Source: Candidatus Poribacteria bacterium (GTDB taxonomy: Bacteria > Poribacteria > WGA-4E > WGA-3G). Taken from it: a stretch of DNA of 64,000 bases. The notes under the pieces were generated by a model that had not been told where the DNA came from, did no database searches, and saw only the letters and a program-made list of their open reading frames with translations. This document shows, piece after piece, positions 54,791 through 64,000 of the stretch. The DNA lies in contig OZ244616.1 of the NCBI GenBank assembly GCA_965218285.1, forward strand, positions 5,635,757 to 5,699,756, in the 5' to 3' direction. The first letter of the stretch is position 1; the number at the start of each line of letters is the position of its first letter. Made by a program: the position numbers and the translations under genes.

Positions 54791-57100
54791 ATGCGTCTCA
54801 TTCTTGCTGTTATCTTTTTAATTCTTGTTGTGAGTGTCATCGGTTATTTCGCCTACGACCTACTGATCGATGCGAATGACCAAGGTAACGCTCTGCGTTG
54901 GATGGGTGTTATAGCGGTCGTCTTCGTTGGAGGGTTGGCAGCAATTGTCGGTTCTGTTATCCGATATAGGATACCGAAAGCTGATGTCGCCTTGGTAAGA
55001 ACAGGTGGGGCAAGGGAAAAGATCGTTTATACCAGTGGTCTCTGGGTCAACACAATTATCCATGAAATTAAAGAGGTTTCTCTCAACACCATGCGAATTG
55101 AAGTTGTTCGTGAACAATCTGATTCCTTGATCACCAACGACTTCAACCGTGCCGATGTTGAAGTCGTCTTTTTTCTTAAGGTTACTCCAGAAGAAGATGG
55201 AGTGGATATGCTAAAAGCCGCCCAAGCCCTCGGTGATAAGTCAATGACACCGGAAACAATCCGTGAGTTGATTGAACCGATGTTAGATGGTGCATTGAGA
55301 AGCGTTGCTGCCGAAAGTGAAATTCAAGATCTCCTTCAAAAACGACTCGAATTTGCGGACAAAGTTTCAGATGCTTGTGGAGAAAGTCTGAAAGAACATA
55401 ACGGATTGACACTTGATACTGTTTCCATCATCCGAGTTGATCAAACACCCGTTAGCCAGTTAGATCCCACCAACCGATTTGATGCTGTCGGTATACGAGA
55501 AATCACTGCAATTACTGCTGAACAAGAACGTGAAAAAGAACGTATTGACCGAGAAAAAGAGGTTGCAATCGTACAAATTAATGTTGATAAGGATCTCCAA
55601 GAATTTGGATTGGAACAAAGTAGAGCCTGGGGGGAATCTGATCAACAGAAAAATATTGCTATCTATGCTGCAGATCGTGAAGCTGAAACCATCAAATTCC
55701 AGTATGAGATGGATCAGAGTATTCAAGAACGTGAATACGAAATGAAACTTGAGATTGAACGCGCCCGTATTGCTCAAGAAGAAGGCATGCAGTTGCGAGA
55801 AGTTGAGCAAGAACTCGCTGTGCAAACTGCTAAGTACGCACAAGAACAACAGGTACAACAACGCGAAATTGAGAAGAACCTCGTCGTTGAAACCGCACAG
55901 ATTGACCAAAACAAAGTTGTCCAACTCGCTGAAATACAACAGCATCTCACTGTTCAAATGGAAAAAATCGAACAGGAACAAACGATTGCTGTTCGTGATA
56001 TAGAAAAAGAGTTGTTCGTAGAGAAAGCGCGTATCGCTCAGGAAGAGGGCGTTATGTTGCGAGATGTTGAACGAGACTTGACCGTGCAAACCGCTAAGTT
56101 CGCACAGGAACAACAAGTGCAACAACGCGAGATTGAAAAGAACCTCGTCGTTGAAACCGCACAGATTGACCAAAACAAACATGTTGAACTTGCAGAAATC
56201 GCCAAGACATTAAACGTTGAAGTCAGCAAGATAAGTATGGAACAACAGATCCAAGAACGTGATATAGAAAAAGAGTTGTTCGTAGAGAAAGCGCGTATCG
56301 CTCAGGAAGAGGGCGTTATGTTGCGAGATGTTGAACGAGACTTGACCGTGCAAACCGCTAAGTTCGCACAGGAACAACAGGTGCAACAACGCGAGATTGA
56401 AAAGAACCTCGTCGTTGAAACCGCACAGATTGACCAAAACAAACATGTTGAACTCACTGAAATTGCCAAGATGTTGTCAGTGGAACAGTCCCGTATCAAT
56501 CAAGAATTACGCGTCGCTCTCACTGATGAGGACAGGAAAATTGAGGTTGCAGGCAAGCAACAACTTACAGCACTTGCAGAGAAAGAGCAGTTAGTTGCTG
56601 AAGCAGAACGTGTCGGAGCTGAAGTTGATGTTACTGCGACTGAACAGGTGAAAGGAGCTGAATGGCAACGCGATGTAGCGATCATCGGTGCCGAAGCACA
56701 AGCACAGCCGATTGAACGTCTTGCGGATGCTGTGTTGTCGGAAGCCCGTGCCAAAGCACAAGGTGAAATGGCTGAATACGAAGCCCGGAACGTTGCTGAA
56801 CAACGTGTTCTTGTTCAAGAAGCTATCCTTGAACTGATTGAGGAAGCACCAGAGATTGTTGAACAACTCATGCGTCCCGTAGAGAAAATCGACAGTATCA
56901 AGATTCTTGATATGGGTAATAATGATGGTAAAGGTGGCATCAACCGCAGCAGCATGGGGCGTCTTGCGAATGCGTTGCTTGACACAGGGGCAATATCACC
57001 GATGCTTAAGGAACTCTTTAACTTTGCTGATGTTGATGCCGAACAGATAACAGACAAAATCGCAGAATACCTTGCTGACCTTGTTAACCGCCCAAGTTAA
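54791..57100 (+). CDS. flotillin-like SPFH/band-7 membrane protein with a long coiled-coil containing three near-identical about 79-aa internal repeats
   Basis: N-terminal TMs, SPFH core (IPKADVALVRTGG...), EIEKNLVVETAQIDQNK.V.L.EI... repeated. 56000-56230 is near-identical to 56240-56470 at nucleotide level. Confidence 0.6.
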   Translation: MRLILAVIFLILVVSVIGYFAYDLLIDANDQGNALRWMGVIAVVFVGGLAAIVGSVIRYRIPKADVALVRTGGAREKIVYTSGLWVNTIIHEIKEVSLNTMRIEVVREQSDSLITNDFNRADVEVVFFLKVTPEEDGVDMLKAAQALGDKSMTPETIRELIEPMLDGALRSVAAESEIQDLLQKRLEFADKVSDACGESLKEHNGLTLDTVSIIRVDQTPVSQLDPTNRFDAVGIREITAITAEQEREKERIDREKEVAIVQINVDKDLQEFGLEQSRAWGESDQQKNIAIYAADREAETIKFQYEMDQSIQEREYEMKLEIERARIAQEEGMQLREVEQELAVQTAKYAQEQQVQQREIEKNLVVETAQIDQNKVVQLAEIQQHLTVQMEKIEQEQTIAVRDIEKELFVEKARIAQEEGVMLRDVERDLTVQTAKFAQEQQVQQREIEKNLVVETAQIDQNKHVELAEIAKTLNVEVSKISMEQQIQERDIEKELFVEKARIAQEEGVMLRDVERDLTVQTAKFAQEQQVQQREIEKNLVVETAQIDQNKHVELTEIAKMLSVEQSRINQELRVALTDEDRKIEVAGKQQLTALAEKEQLVAEAERVGAEVDVTATEQVKGAEWQRDVAIIGAEAQAQPIERLADAVLSEARAKAQGEMAEYEARNVAEQRVLVQEAILELIEEAPEIVEQLMRPVEKIDSIKILDMGNNDGKGGINRSSMGRLANALLDTGAISPMLKELFNFADVDAEQITDKIAEYLADLVNRPS

Positions 57101-57475
57101 CAGGTACGCTTTTTTAGGTTCGGCTGCGGGTGTCGTTCGTTAACACCAAAAGTAGTGCACACTTGCCGTTCGAATTGCACCCGTATACAAGCGGAAAGTC
57201 ATAAACCCATGCGCCATCAGAGACTTCTTACCAGACAAAAACGCACAAAACGGCAAAGGTGTCGTACATGCCGTTCCAATAATGGAAAGCGCGCGTGTCC
57301 GGCTCTCAGCGGCATGGTCATCTGCCCGGAATGCTGTAGTGCCAAACGCGCCAAAATACCTGGTTGCGACCATCACTGCCGTTATTATAGTCCGCTCATC
57401 GTAAAAAGCCGAAAAGTTGCCTCCCCCGAATTTCCACTACATCTATGCCTTGTCAGTCGTTCACGAGATACCGGC

Positions 57476-58525
57476 ATGCTTATTGTCGTTGGCACCCGTA
57501 AACGACCTGATGGAAATCTTAAGGCTATGTTTGTCCTGCTTGACCTTTGGAAGAAAGGGGTTCGAGATTGCTTCTACGATGCTAACCTTTCCGAAAAACA
57601 GTTTGAACGTGCATGTCAACGGTTCGGGAATAGTTATGTTGAACCCGACCAAGCGTTACCAGAAGAAAAAAAAGAAGAAACTGACGCGGAAAATATAGAC
57701 GCGAAGCATGAACCAATTCGCATTCCAAGAAATACCCTTATCATTGAGGCAGAAACTGCAATGCATTTTGATAACGGTGTAAATATTGTGGAAGACGAAG
57801 AAGCCTCTAATCGAAGAGCAATTGATAGCGCGAGAGGTGCTCGCGCTATTTATGAAGTAAACATCCCGAAAACTGGTAAATGGTATGTATGGATTCGCAC
57901 CTACTATAAAACCAGCAGTCAAGACTCCTATTGGATCGGCATTGAAGATGTAGCACCATATCCTTGGGACCAAGAGGGTGGACCGAACGCGATCAAAATT
58001 TGGGCTGTCCCCGGCGATAACTCCAAATGGAATAGATGGTTGTGGGATACTTCAACACATCCGCTCGGTAAGAAAATTCCCGGCTATTTTAACGTCAAAC
58101 ACAAGGGGTACTACCGCCTCTGGTCAAAAGGCAGAGAGCCAGGTACACGCTTAGACCAAATTTTGCTGACACGTTCCCGTAGATTCAATCCGCAAAACGC
58201 TTCCGAAGGGAAACCTATCCCTGTGCTAACAGTACCACATCCCTATGAACCTGCTACCTTTGAAGAATGCAGGAAATTAATTCGGCATGCAGTTGAGATT
58301 TCAAAAGCAGTTGAGACAGAATTTCCTTGGGAATTTAAATACTGGCTAAACGATATATGGGGCGATATTAGAAAATTTCCTGAACTTGAAGGTTCGCTCT
58401 ACAAATGCCATAAATGTGAAGAAGATTTGCCGGACCAAGCAGTCGATCTCATCAAACAACATGCCCATTCTACCGACATCCAATTTTATATCTTATGCAG
58501 GAAATGTGGTGGTGAATTTGATTGA
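57476..58525 (+). CDS. hypothetical protein with a C-terminal CxxC...CxxC zinc ribbon. The listed ORF start (57155) is probably an over-extension.
   Basis: Trp/Tyr-rich central region (WYVWIRTYYK...YWIGIEDV...WNRWLWD). KCHKCEE...CRKCGGEF. Confidence 0.35.
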   Translation: MLIVVGTRKRPDGNLKAMFVLLDLWKKGVRDCFYDANLSEKQFERACQRFGNSYVEPDQALPEEKKEETDAENIDAKHEPIRIPRNTLIIEAETAMHFDNGVNIVEDEEASNRRAIDSARGARAIYEVNIPKTGKWYVWIRTYYKTSSQDSYWIGIEDVAPYPWDQEGGPNAIKIWAVPGDNSKWNRWLWDTSTHPLGKKIPGYFNVKHKGYYRLWSKGREPGTRLDQILLTRSRRFNPQNASEGKPIPVLTVPHPYEPATFEECRKLIRHAVEISKAVETEFPWEFKYWLNDIWGDIRKFPELEGSLYKCHKCEEDLPDQAVDLIKQHAHSTDIQFYILCRKCGGEFD

Positions 58526-60686
58526 GAAGTCTTTTGCTTTGCGGCTGTTCTGTTTGGCATGTCTGCTCACGTTTACCACACTCAGCCTTGCTGCCCCGCC
58601 TCATCCCCATCTCTACTTTGACGTTGATCCGGCTAATGGAGAATTGAAGCCAAAAACCGCCACTGGACTTAATTCTGAGCTTGGTGTTTCAGCATATTTA
58701 CAAGCGTTGGATGGCTGTTGCTTCTCAAAAGAGTTGAGCGTCCTACAATCGGACGGTATAGAATATGTCCTAGCTCTCAAAATTGATTTTAGCGATCAAC
58801 CGGGCAAGAGAACCAGTGCGGAATTCAATACGTATCTATTCGCTGAAAAAGGGGTTTCATTAAAATCCTACTTTCGCGAAAACTCTTACAACCAGATGGA
58901 TGTGCAACCGGGACCCGTTGGAGGTGTTCTACCTGCTGGAGATACATGGATTCGTGCAAAGAATCCAATGCATTATTACGGAGAAGGAAGAATACATGTC
59001 CCACGGTATCAGGAACTAATCGCCGAAACGTGTCGTGCTGTAGATGCTACCGTTGATTTTTCAAAGTACGATCGTGATAAAGATGGAGTCGTTGACCATC
59101 TTTTTGTGATTCATGCGGGTAACGACGAAGCCTCTACAGGTGTAGTTGAGGATATCTGGTCTGTCTTAACACCAAACGTCAACATCATCGTTGATGGTGT
59201 TCGAGTTGATACTGCCATCATTGTCGCTGAAGAACCAGATTTTGATAAACCGCACTTAGGCATCTATTTTCACGAATTCTTCCACGACTTCGGTGCACCA
59301 GATGTCTATGGGTTAAACTTCACAGATGCTCGTGACCATAAGTGGGGATTGATGGGAGCATTCGGACCTTATCAGGGACCGGACATTGCCGGTATAGGAA
59401 ATGGGTTGGCACCCAGTCACATCATCGGTTATCTGAAATGGGACTTTGATGCGCGTCCCGAAAATGGGCGCGTCGGATGGATTGAACCTGTTAACATCAC
59501 ACAAAGTGGTCAGGTATCTATTCCAGCTTTTGAACTGCTTCCTAAAACAGACAAACTTTTCAAAATTGACATTCCACTTACGCGGGAAGCGCATAGCATC
59601 CTCAATAGTGAATCTTCTATTTCAAACGCTGCGGTTAATAGAGAATTTTTCCTTATTGAAAACCGCTATAAAGACTCTGGTGCTACTTTTGATGTCTATC
59701 TTCCCGAATCTGGCATCCTCATCTGGCATATTGATGAGACACAGGTGCGCCCACTTGGTAGTTATGATGCTGGACAACAGATTTGGCTTGAAGACCCAAA
59801 TGACCCCGAGCACCTTGGCATCCGACCTGATGACCCCGGCTTTATAGACATTCAAACCATTACTGAAGGTGCAGCCTATTCTGCGGATGACAACCAAACC
59901 GCCTTCACCCCAGGAACTTTGCCTAACAGTAGTGCGAACGATAGGACACCTTCCGGTATATCTATCACTAATATAGGTCCTGAGGGTATAATCATGCAGC
60001 TGCTCGTCTCATTTGGCGATACCTATGAACCGAACAACACCATAGAAACAGCATTTCCAATCTTCTACAACCAGCCATACTACTCCTTTTTATATGATGC
60101 TTCGGATATCCAAGATTTTTATCAAGTTGAGGCTGCTGGTGGCATAACAATTCGCGCTACGTTGTCAGAAATACCAGCGGACAAGAATTACCGTCTATCT
60201 CTTCTGAAGGCAACAGGTGAGACATTGGCAACAGGTGAAAAAGCTACCGATGCACTCGGATACCAAATTCTCTACCAACCCACTACACAACAAACGTTAT
60301 ATCTCATGGTAACATCCGATGGTGGATTCAGCAGCGTTGGGTCATATAGATTATCAGTAGAACAGATAGAACCTGAATCTTTCGCGCTTGCAAAGACCCG
60401 TGTTTATCCAAATCCTTTTCGTGCACCGGTAACGGAGATGACGTTTGCATATCAACTTTCTGCCTCCCAATCCGCAGAGACCGTGTCGCTTGAAATCTTT
60501 ACAATTAAGGGTGAAAAGGTCTACAGTAAAACACATCAGGCTGTGTTCGCTCCCGGTAAATTTCAATGGAACGGTTCGAACCTACGTGGAACTCCGCTTG
60601 CTTCCGGTATCTACATTTACAACATTACAGCAACCCAAGAAGATTCCGTCGTTAGAGACATCGGTAAATTTAGTATCCTCAGATAA
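58507..60686 (+). CDS. M6-family (immune-inhibitor-A-like) zinc metalloprotease with a pre-peptidase C-terminal (PPC) domain and a T9SS C-terminal sorting domain. Start is probably a GTG/TTG near 58507-58519, ahead of the signal peptide.
   Basis: HEFFHDFGAPDVYG (HExxH+D, M6 type). PPC domain EPNNTIETAFPI...YQV. C-terminal VYPNPF......F.Y.L......V.L.I.TI.GE.V......GIYIY sorting domain. Confidence 0.65.
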
Positions 60687-60727
60687 TTTTCCCTATTCTG
60701 TAGGAGCGACCTTTGATTTATATAGAA

Positions 60728-62659
60728 TCAGATCCAACTATACACTGATGACCGCAAAATTAAGCTCAACAGTGGCCAAAAACACCCCATCAACGCTTCC
60801 CCTAAAACCAACCCGATGAAAAACGGTATTGCCCGTCGATAAGCTTTGATCCCTCCGTTCCGCAAAATAATCCATTTTGCTACCATGGCAATTAGCAGCG
60901 GAAACCAGATTATATCAGTTGTCCCGGGGGCAACGCCAATAACATAACCTGCAGGGTGAAGTGGACACCAGACAAAACGTGATCGGAGAAACATAATACC
61001 TAAATTTGCGGCAAACGTTAACCCAAGCACAGTTGTTGCTAACCAATCCATTGGCTTTGGATTCACCAACCACGATGACAAGAAATTATATGTATCTGCC
61101 CCACCAGCGTGGATCTGTTCGGAACCTGCAGCCACACCCTCACGGTATATCGCGTAGGGATAGAGAATTAAGCTTGACAGAATACCGACGAGGCTTGCAA
61201 TGACTAACACGATGAACATCGTTCGGTTTCGGACACCGGTCCGTTCCCCAAGTTTGAACGCTTCCAACTGATCAGGCATAGGATGTGTGCGGAATGAAGC
61301 ATAACTTGCGCCGCTAAGCCAATTCAATAATGAGAGCATTGTAAGATTACCGGCACGTAGCCTCCGTGTGCCAAGAAGTGAAATCATCATGTATTGTGGT
61401 GTCAGATAGCCGATTGCGTGTATCGGCGGACCGAGTTCTGCACGCATACGGGTCAGACCGATAACAATTATCAGGTAAATACTGATGAAAACTGAAAATG
61501 CCCATAAAGACATGCCACCCCGAATACACAAAATAGCAAGCAAAAGCAAGCATAACCCCAATGTAACTAAAGTGCTGCGGTAGGAAAATGCCTCATTTTG
61601 TGTCCGCTCACGATTCTGTCGAATTACTTGTGAAAACACCGATGCAAAATACTTTCTCCCATTCCAACACGCTATAGCAAGGAGTGCAACCAACGCACCA
61701 GCACCTTGCTCCCCTAAAAATGGGTACCCTTGCAACTTTGAAACACCTGTTGCACTTCCAAATATCAGTTGCACCTTCTTCATCAAATAGAAGAACGAAC
61801 ATGAAAACGCTAAATCAAGTGGTAGAATGAACGAAAAGCCTATTAGGTAAGGATGAAACCGAAGCGGCGTGTTCCCCATGGCGTTCCACGGTTTCTGTGT
61901 GAAATAGATATTAAGGTTATATTTTTTTACAGGTATTTCGGGTAGTACTGGAAAAAAGAATTGTAACCCATTGAGTAGGTTTATCCCCATCGCTATGCCG
62001 AAACCAATCCAAAGCAGACGGTTTCTGAAGATACGACGGTTTGTCGTTATTTCAAGTGGAATCTGTATTATCGGATATGCAAGTTTTTCGTTTTCTATCC
62101 ACTGTTTACGGATCAAAGATGTCAAGCAGAGGAAGATTAGCATCAGCAGAAAGATAACTGCCGACCACGAAAGAATAGGGACAATCCAATATTGCACATA
62201 CCCCTCGGTAAAGAAGTTGACATTGCCCTCATAGAAATCGTTTACCGTTTTTGGATGTTTGACAACAAGCCATTCAGGAAGATGGTGAAAAAGCAGTGCT
62301 TCCCAATCATTCTCAGCAGTCGCAAAGCGAAAGGCGTACGGAATAAGCCCCATAAGCCGCGGAATACAATCGTGACCAGAAAACGCACTGCCGACTGCGA
62401 GCATGCTGTAAACAACGATCAGGTCGCGCTGCGTCAGCGAAAGACTCGGCGCAAAACTACGTATCCACATGTTTAGCACCGTGATGATAAAAATACCGAA
62501 CATGACATTAACAGACATAGCGACTGTTGTCAGATGTGCGGTGTGCCAGATCATCTCTACATAAGCTATCCAGTAACTATTGGCGATGATCAGAACAGTA
62601 CCAATTAATACTGCCCGTTTAGCTATTGGAGACGAGGGCTGAAAGTTTGTTTGACGCAT
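60728..62659 (-). CDS. large polytopic integral membrane protein of unknown function (at least 14 predicted TM helices)
   Basis: Hydrophobic periodicity throughout. No transporter signature recognised. Confidence 0.45.
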   Translation of the reverse strand: MRQTNFQPSSPIAKRAVLIGTVLIIANSYWIAYVEMIWHTAHLTTVAMSVNVMFGIFIITVLNMWIRSFAPSLSLTQRDLIVVYSMLAVGSAFSGHDCIPRLMGLIPYAFRFATAENDWEALLFHHLPEWLVVKHPKTVNDFYEGNVNFFTEGYVQYWIVPILSWSAVIFLLMLIFLCLTSLIRKQWIENEKLAYPIIQIPLEITTNRRIFRNRLLWIGFGIAMGINLLNGLQFFFPVLPEIPVKKYNLNIYFTQKPWNAMGNTPLRFHPYLIGFSFILPLDLAFSCSFFYLMKKVQLIFGSATGVSKLQGYPFLGEQGAGALVALLAIACWNGRKYFASVFSQVIRQNRERTQNEAFSYRSTLVTLGLCLLLLAILCIRGGMSLWAFSVFISIYLIIVIGLTRMRAELGPPIHAIGYLTPQYMMISLLGTRRLRAGNLTMLSLLNWLSGASYASFRTHPMPDQLEAFKLGERTGVRNRTMFIVLVIASLVGILSSLILYPYAIYREGVAAGSEQIHAGGADTYNFLSSWLVNPKPMDWLATTVLGLTFAANLGIMFLRSRFVWCPLHPAGYVIGVAPGTTDIIWFPLLIAMVAKWIILRNGGIKAYRRAIPFFIGLVLGEALMGCFWPLLSLILRSSVYSWI

Positions 62660-62897
62660 TCTGTCTTGTAGAGGAAGGTAAGATATAGTCGTAGGTACGG
62701 TTTCTGTGTCGAAACAGTTGAAGGCAATATATCAAAAAATAATGGATATATTTTCTATAGTATGTTATACTAAGCAATCAGAACTGTCAAGGTGAAAATC
62801 AGGGTGATCTGTTTTTAGCTTTTGCTAATATTAAGCGCGTGTTTCCGACACAATTCGCTCCTGCCTTTCCAGTATTTTGAAGTGAGTACTTAACAAT

Positions 62898-63530
62898 CCC
62901 ACTGCTTTAGTTGTGGGTCAAAAAAGTGTTTAAAGTTCTTGTTTTATATATGCAATTATGTTGGACTAATTAGACCGTTCAGTAGTCCGTGCTGATACAC
63001 GGACTATGCCTTATCGGAGGGAACGGAATCCTGTCAGAACGGTATATCATAATGTTCAAAACACACAAGATAGCGTTAAATCCAAATAAAAAGCAACGTG
63101 CGTGGTTTGCTCAACAATGCATCTATGATTGGTATTGAAACACTGAAAATAACGAACATGCTAAAGAACAGGAAATTAGCAAAAGCGTTATCTGATAGTG
63201 CGTTAGGTGGGTTTCTCACTAAACTCAAATGCAAAGCGGAAACGCTTGGTATTCCAGTTATTGAGGCACCACAATTCTTTGCGTCAAGCAAGACGTGCAG
63301 CAGTTGTGGACATAAGAAAACAGAGTTATCATTGGCAGAACGGCAATACAATTGTGATGTGTGTCAATACACAGAAGATCGTGATGTTAACGCTGCCAGA
63401 AATCTAAAACAACTCGCCGCGGGATACGCGGAGAGTCTAAACGCTTGTGGAGTCTAAGTCAGACCTCCACAAGAGGAGGCATCGGATGAAGAAGCAAGAA
63501 GCCCACGACTTTAGTCGTGGGAGTATCACA
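62898..63530 (+). mobile_element. TnpB-family element with disrupted tnpB: LE hairpin 62898-62917 (-35 box mutated), N-terminal tnpB fragment, fused C-terminal fragment, omegaRNA-like RE with hairpin 63502-63521
   Basis: MFKTHKIALNPNKKQRAWFAQQC (63052-) is a TnpB N-terminus that hits a stop after 28 codons. 63098-63457 ends ..CSSCGHKK....YNCDVCQY.EDRDVNAARN (zinc finger plus RuvC-III). RE flank gtgggagtatcac. Confidence 0.5.
63052..63457 (+). pseudogene. tnpB: tnpB pseudogene (N-terminal and C-terminal pieces in different frames, RuvC-I/II missing)
   Basis: See above. Confidence 0.5.
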
Positions 63531-63848
63531 ACTTTGATCATAGAATTTCAAATGTTTAATAACAAACCTGATTCTCTTCACATAAGTTAAATATATATTG
63601 ACTTTTAAATTTTTTAATGTATAATTTATTCAGGCTTACGTAAAAATCCAGCAAATTGCTTTCAAGTACATATCCAAGAAAGGATCCTGGATTAAAATTT
63701 AGCAAACGTAAGTCCTATTATCATACCGAATTACCCCGATTTGTCCTGTGAGGTCCCCGTGCCTTGCAATGCTAACTTTATCAGCAAACTTCAGATCCAG
63801 TTAATTTGGTATCAGTTGTTTTATATAAAATAAATAGGAGCACTTGGA

Positions 63849-64000
63849 ATGGAACTTGCTTTTGAAAAAGACGAATTCTTATATGCACTTCAAATGGTGC
63901 AGGGTGTAGCAGGTGGACGTAACACGTTACCAATTCTTTCAAACGTCCTGATTCGTGCACAAGATGGGAACATAGAATGTGCAGCGACTGATTTGGAAAT
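63849..64000 (+). CDS. dnaN: DNA polymerase III beta subunit (sliding clamp), N-terminal 50 aa. Continues beyond window.
   Basis: MELAFEKDEFLYALQMVQGVAGGRNTLPILSNVLIRAQDG is the canonical DnaN N-terminus. GGAG RBS 9 nt upstream. Confidence 0.8.
   Translation, partial: MELAFEKDEFLYALQMVQGVAGGRNTLPILSNVLIRAQDGNIECAATDLE

Noticed and set aside
55460-56754. Minus-strand ORFs 55460-56182, 56210-56446 and 56500-56754 with Leu/Phe- or Ser/Ala-rich products
   Set aside because: Antisense to the flotillin-like gene's internal repeats. Repeat-induced frame artefacts.
62700-62900. Possible promoter or small ORFs between the membrane-protein gene and the 62898 hairpin
   Set aside because: No consensus promoter or ORF of 60 aa or more. 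AT-rich spacer only.

Overview
The window is a gene-dense bacterial chromosomal segment (mixed strands, about 45-50% GC) that ends at the dnaN start. The housekeeping genes (ftsH-folP-acpS, rpiA, gcvH-like, mqnA/D-like, NUDIX, Zn-ADH, Gfo/Idh/MocA oxidoreductases, M20 peptidase) are interleaved with an unusually dense load of small IS200/IS605-family derivatives. The taxon is unassigned. The window has T9SS hallmarks (PorV-like outer-membrane protein, Por C-terminal sorting domains), a PSCyt1-like CxxCH domain and WD40/beta-gamma-crystallin proteins, which suggests an FCB/PVC-type candidate lineage.

Two things stand out:

1. Cohesin-dockerin gene pair. A roughly 9-kb gene encodes a 2988-aa secreted protein built from about 25 near-identical CARDB/DUF11-like Ig-fold repeats and ending in a type-I dockerin. 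The gene immediately upstream encodes a cohesin-like domain, a 35x DDTPPA linker, a Spondin_N-like domain and a T9SS C-terminal sorting domain. Together these look like a cellulosome-style cohesin-dockerin adhesin pair.

2. A guide-RNA/transposon-nuclease landscape.
- One intact IsrB (an HNH-less IscB: PLMP domain plus split RuvC) with its upstream omegaRNA.
- At least three ORF-less copies of the same omegaRNA module.
- One TnpB-like gene next to an IS607-type serine recombinase.
- At least eight short hairpin-bounded TnpB-derived elements. Each keeps a consensus sigma70 promoter and an omegaRNA-like right end, but carries no tnpB or only an internally deleted one.
- All of these share one subterminal hairpin architecture (CCCNN-x-NN-TAAA-NN-x-NNGGG, with an internal mismatch), present more than 20 times.

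Other features:
- A MITE family with 38-bp palindromic TIRs, including a 1.1-kb tandem array.
- A 232-bp MITE with perfect 21-bp TIRs.
- A 40-bp x ~19 spacer-less tandem array.
- An AAA-ATPase with a small partner ORF (possible degraded defence module).
- An M6 metalloprotease with a T9SS C-terminal domain.
- A flotillin-like protein with three near-identical internal repeats.

Coordinates of repeat and element boundaries are approximate (within about 10 bp).
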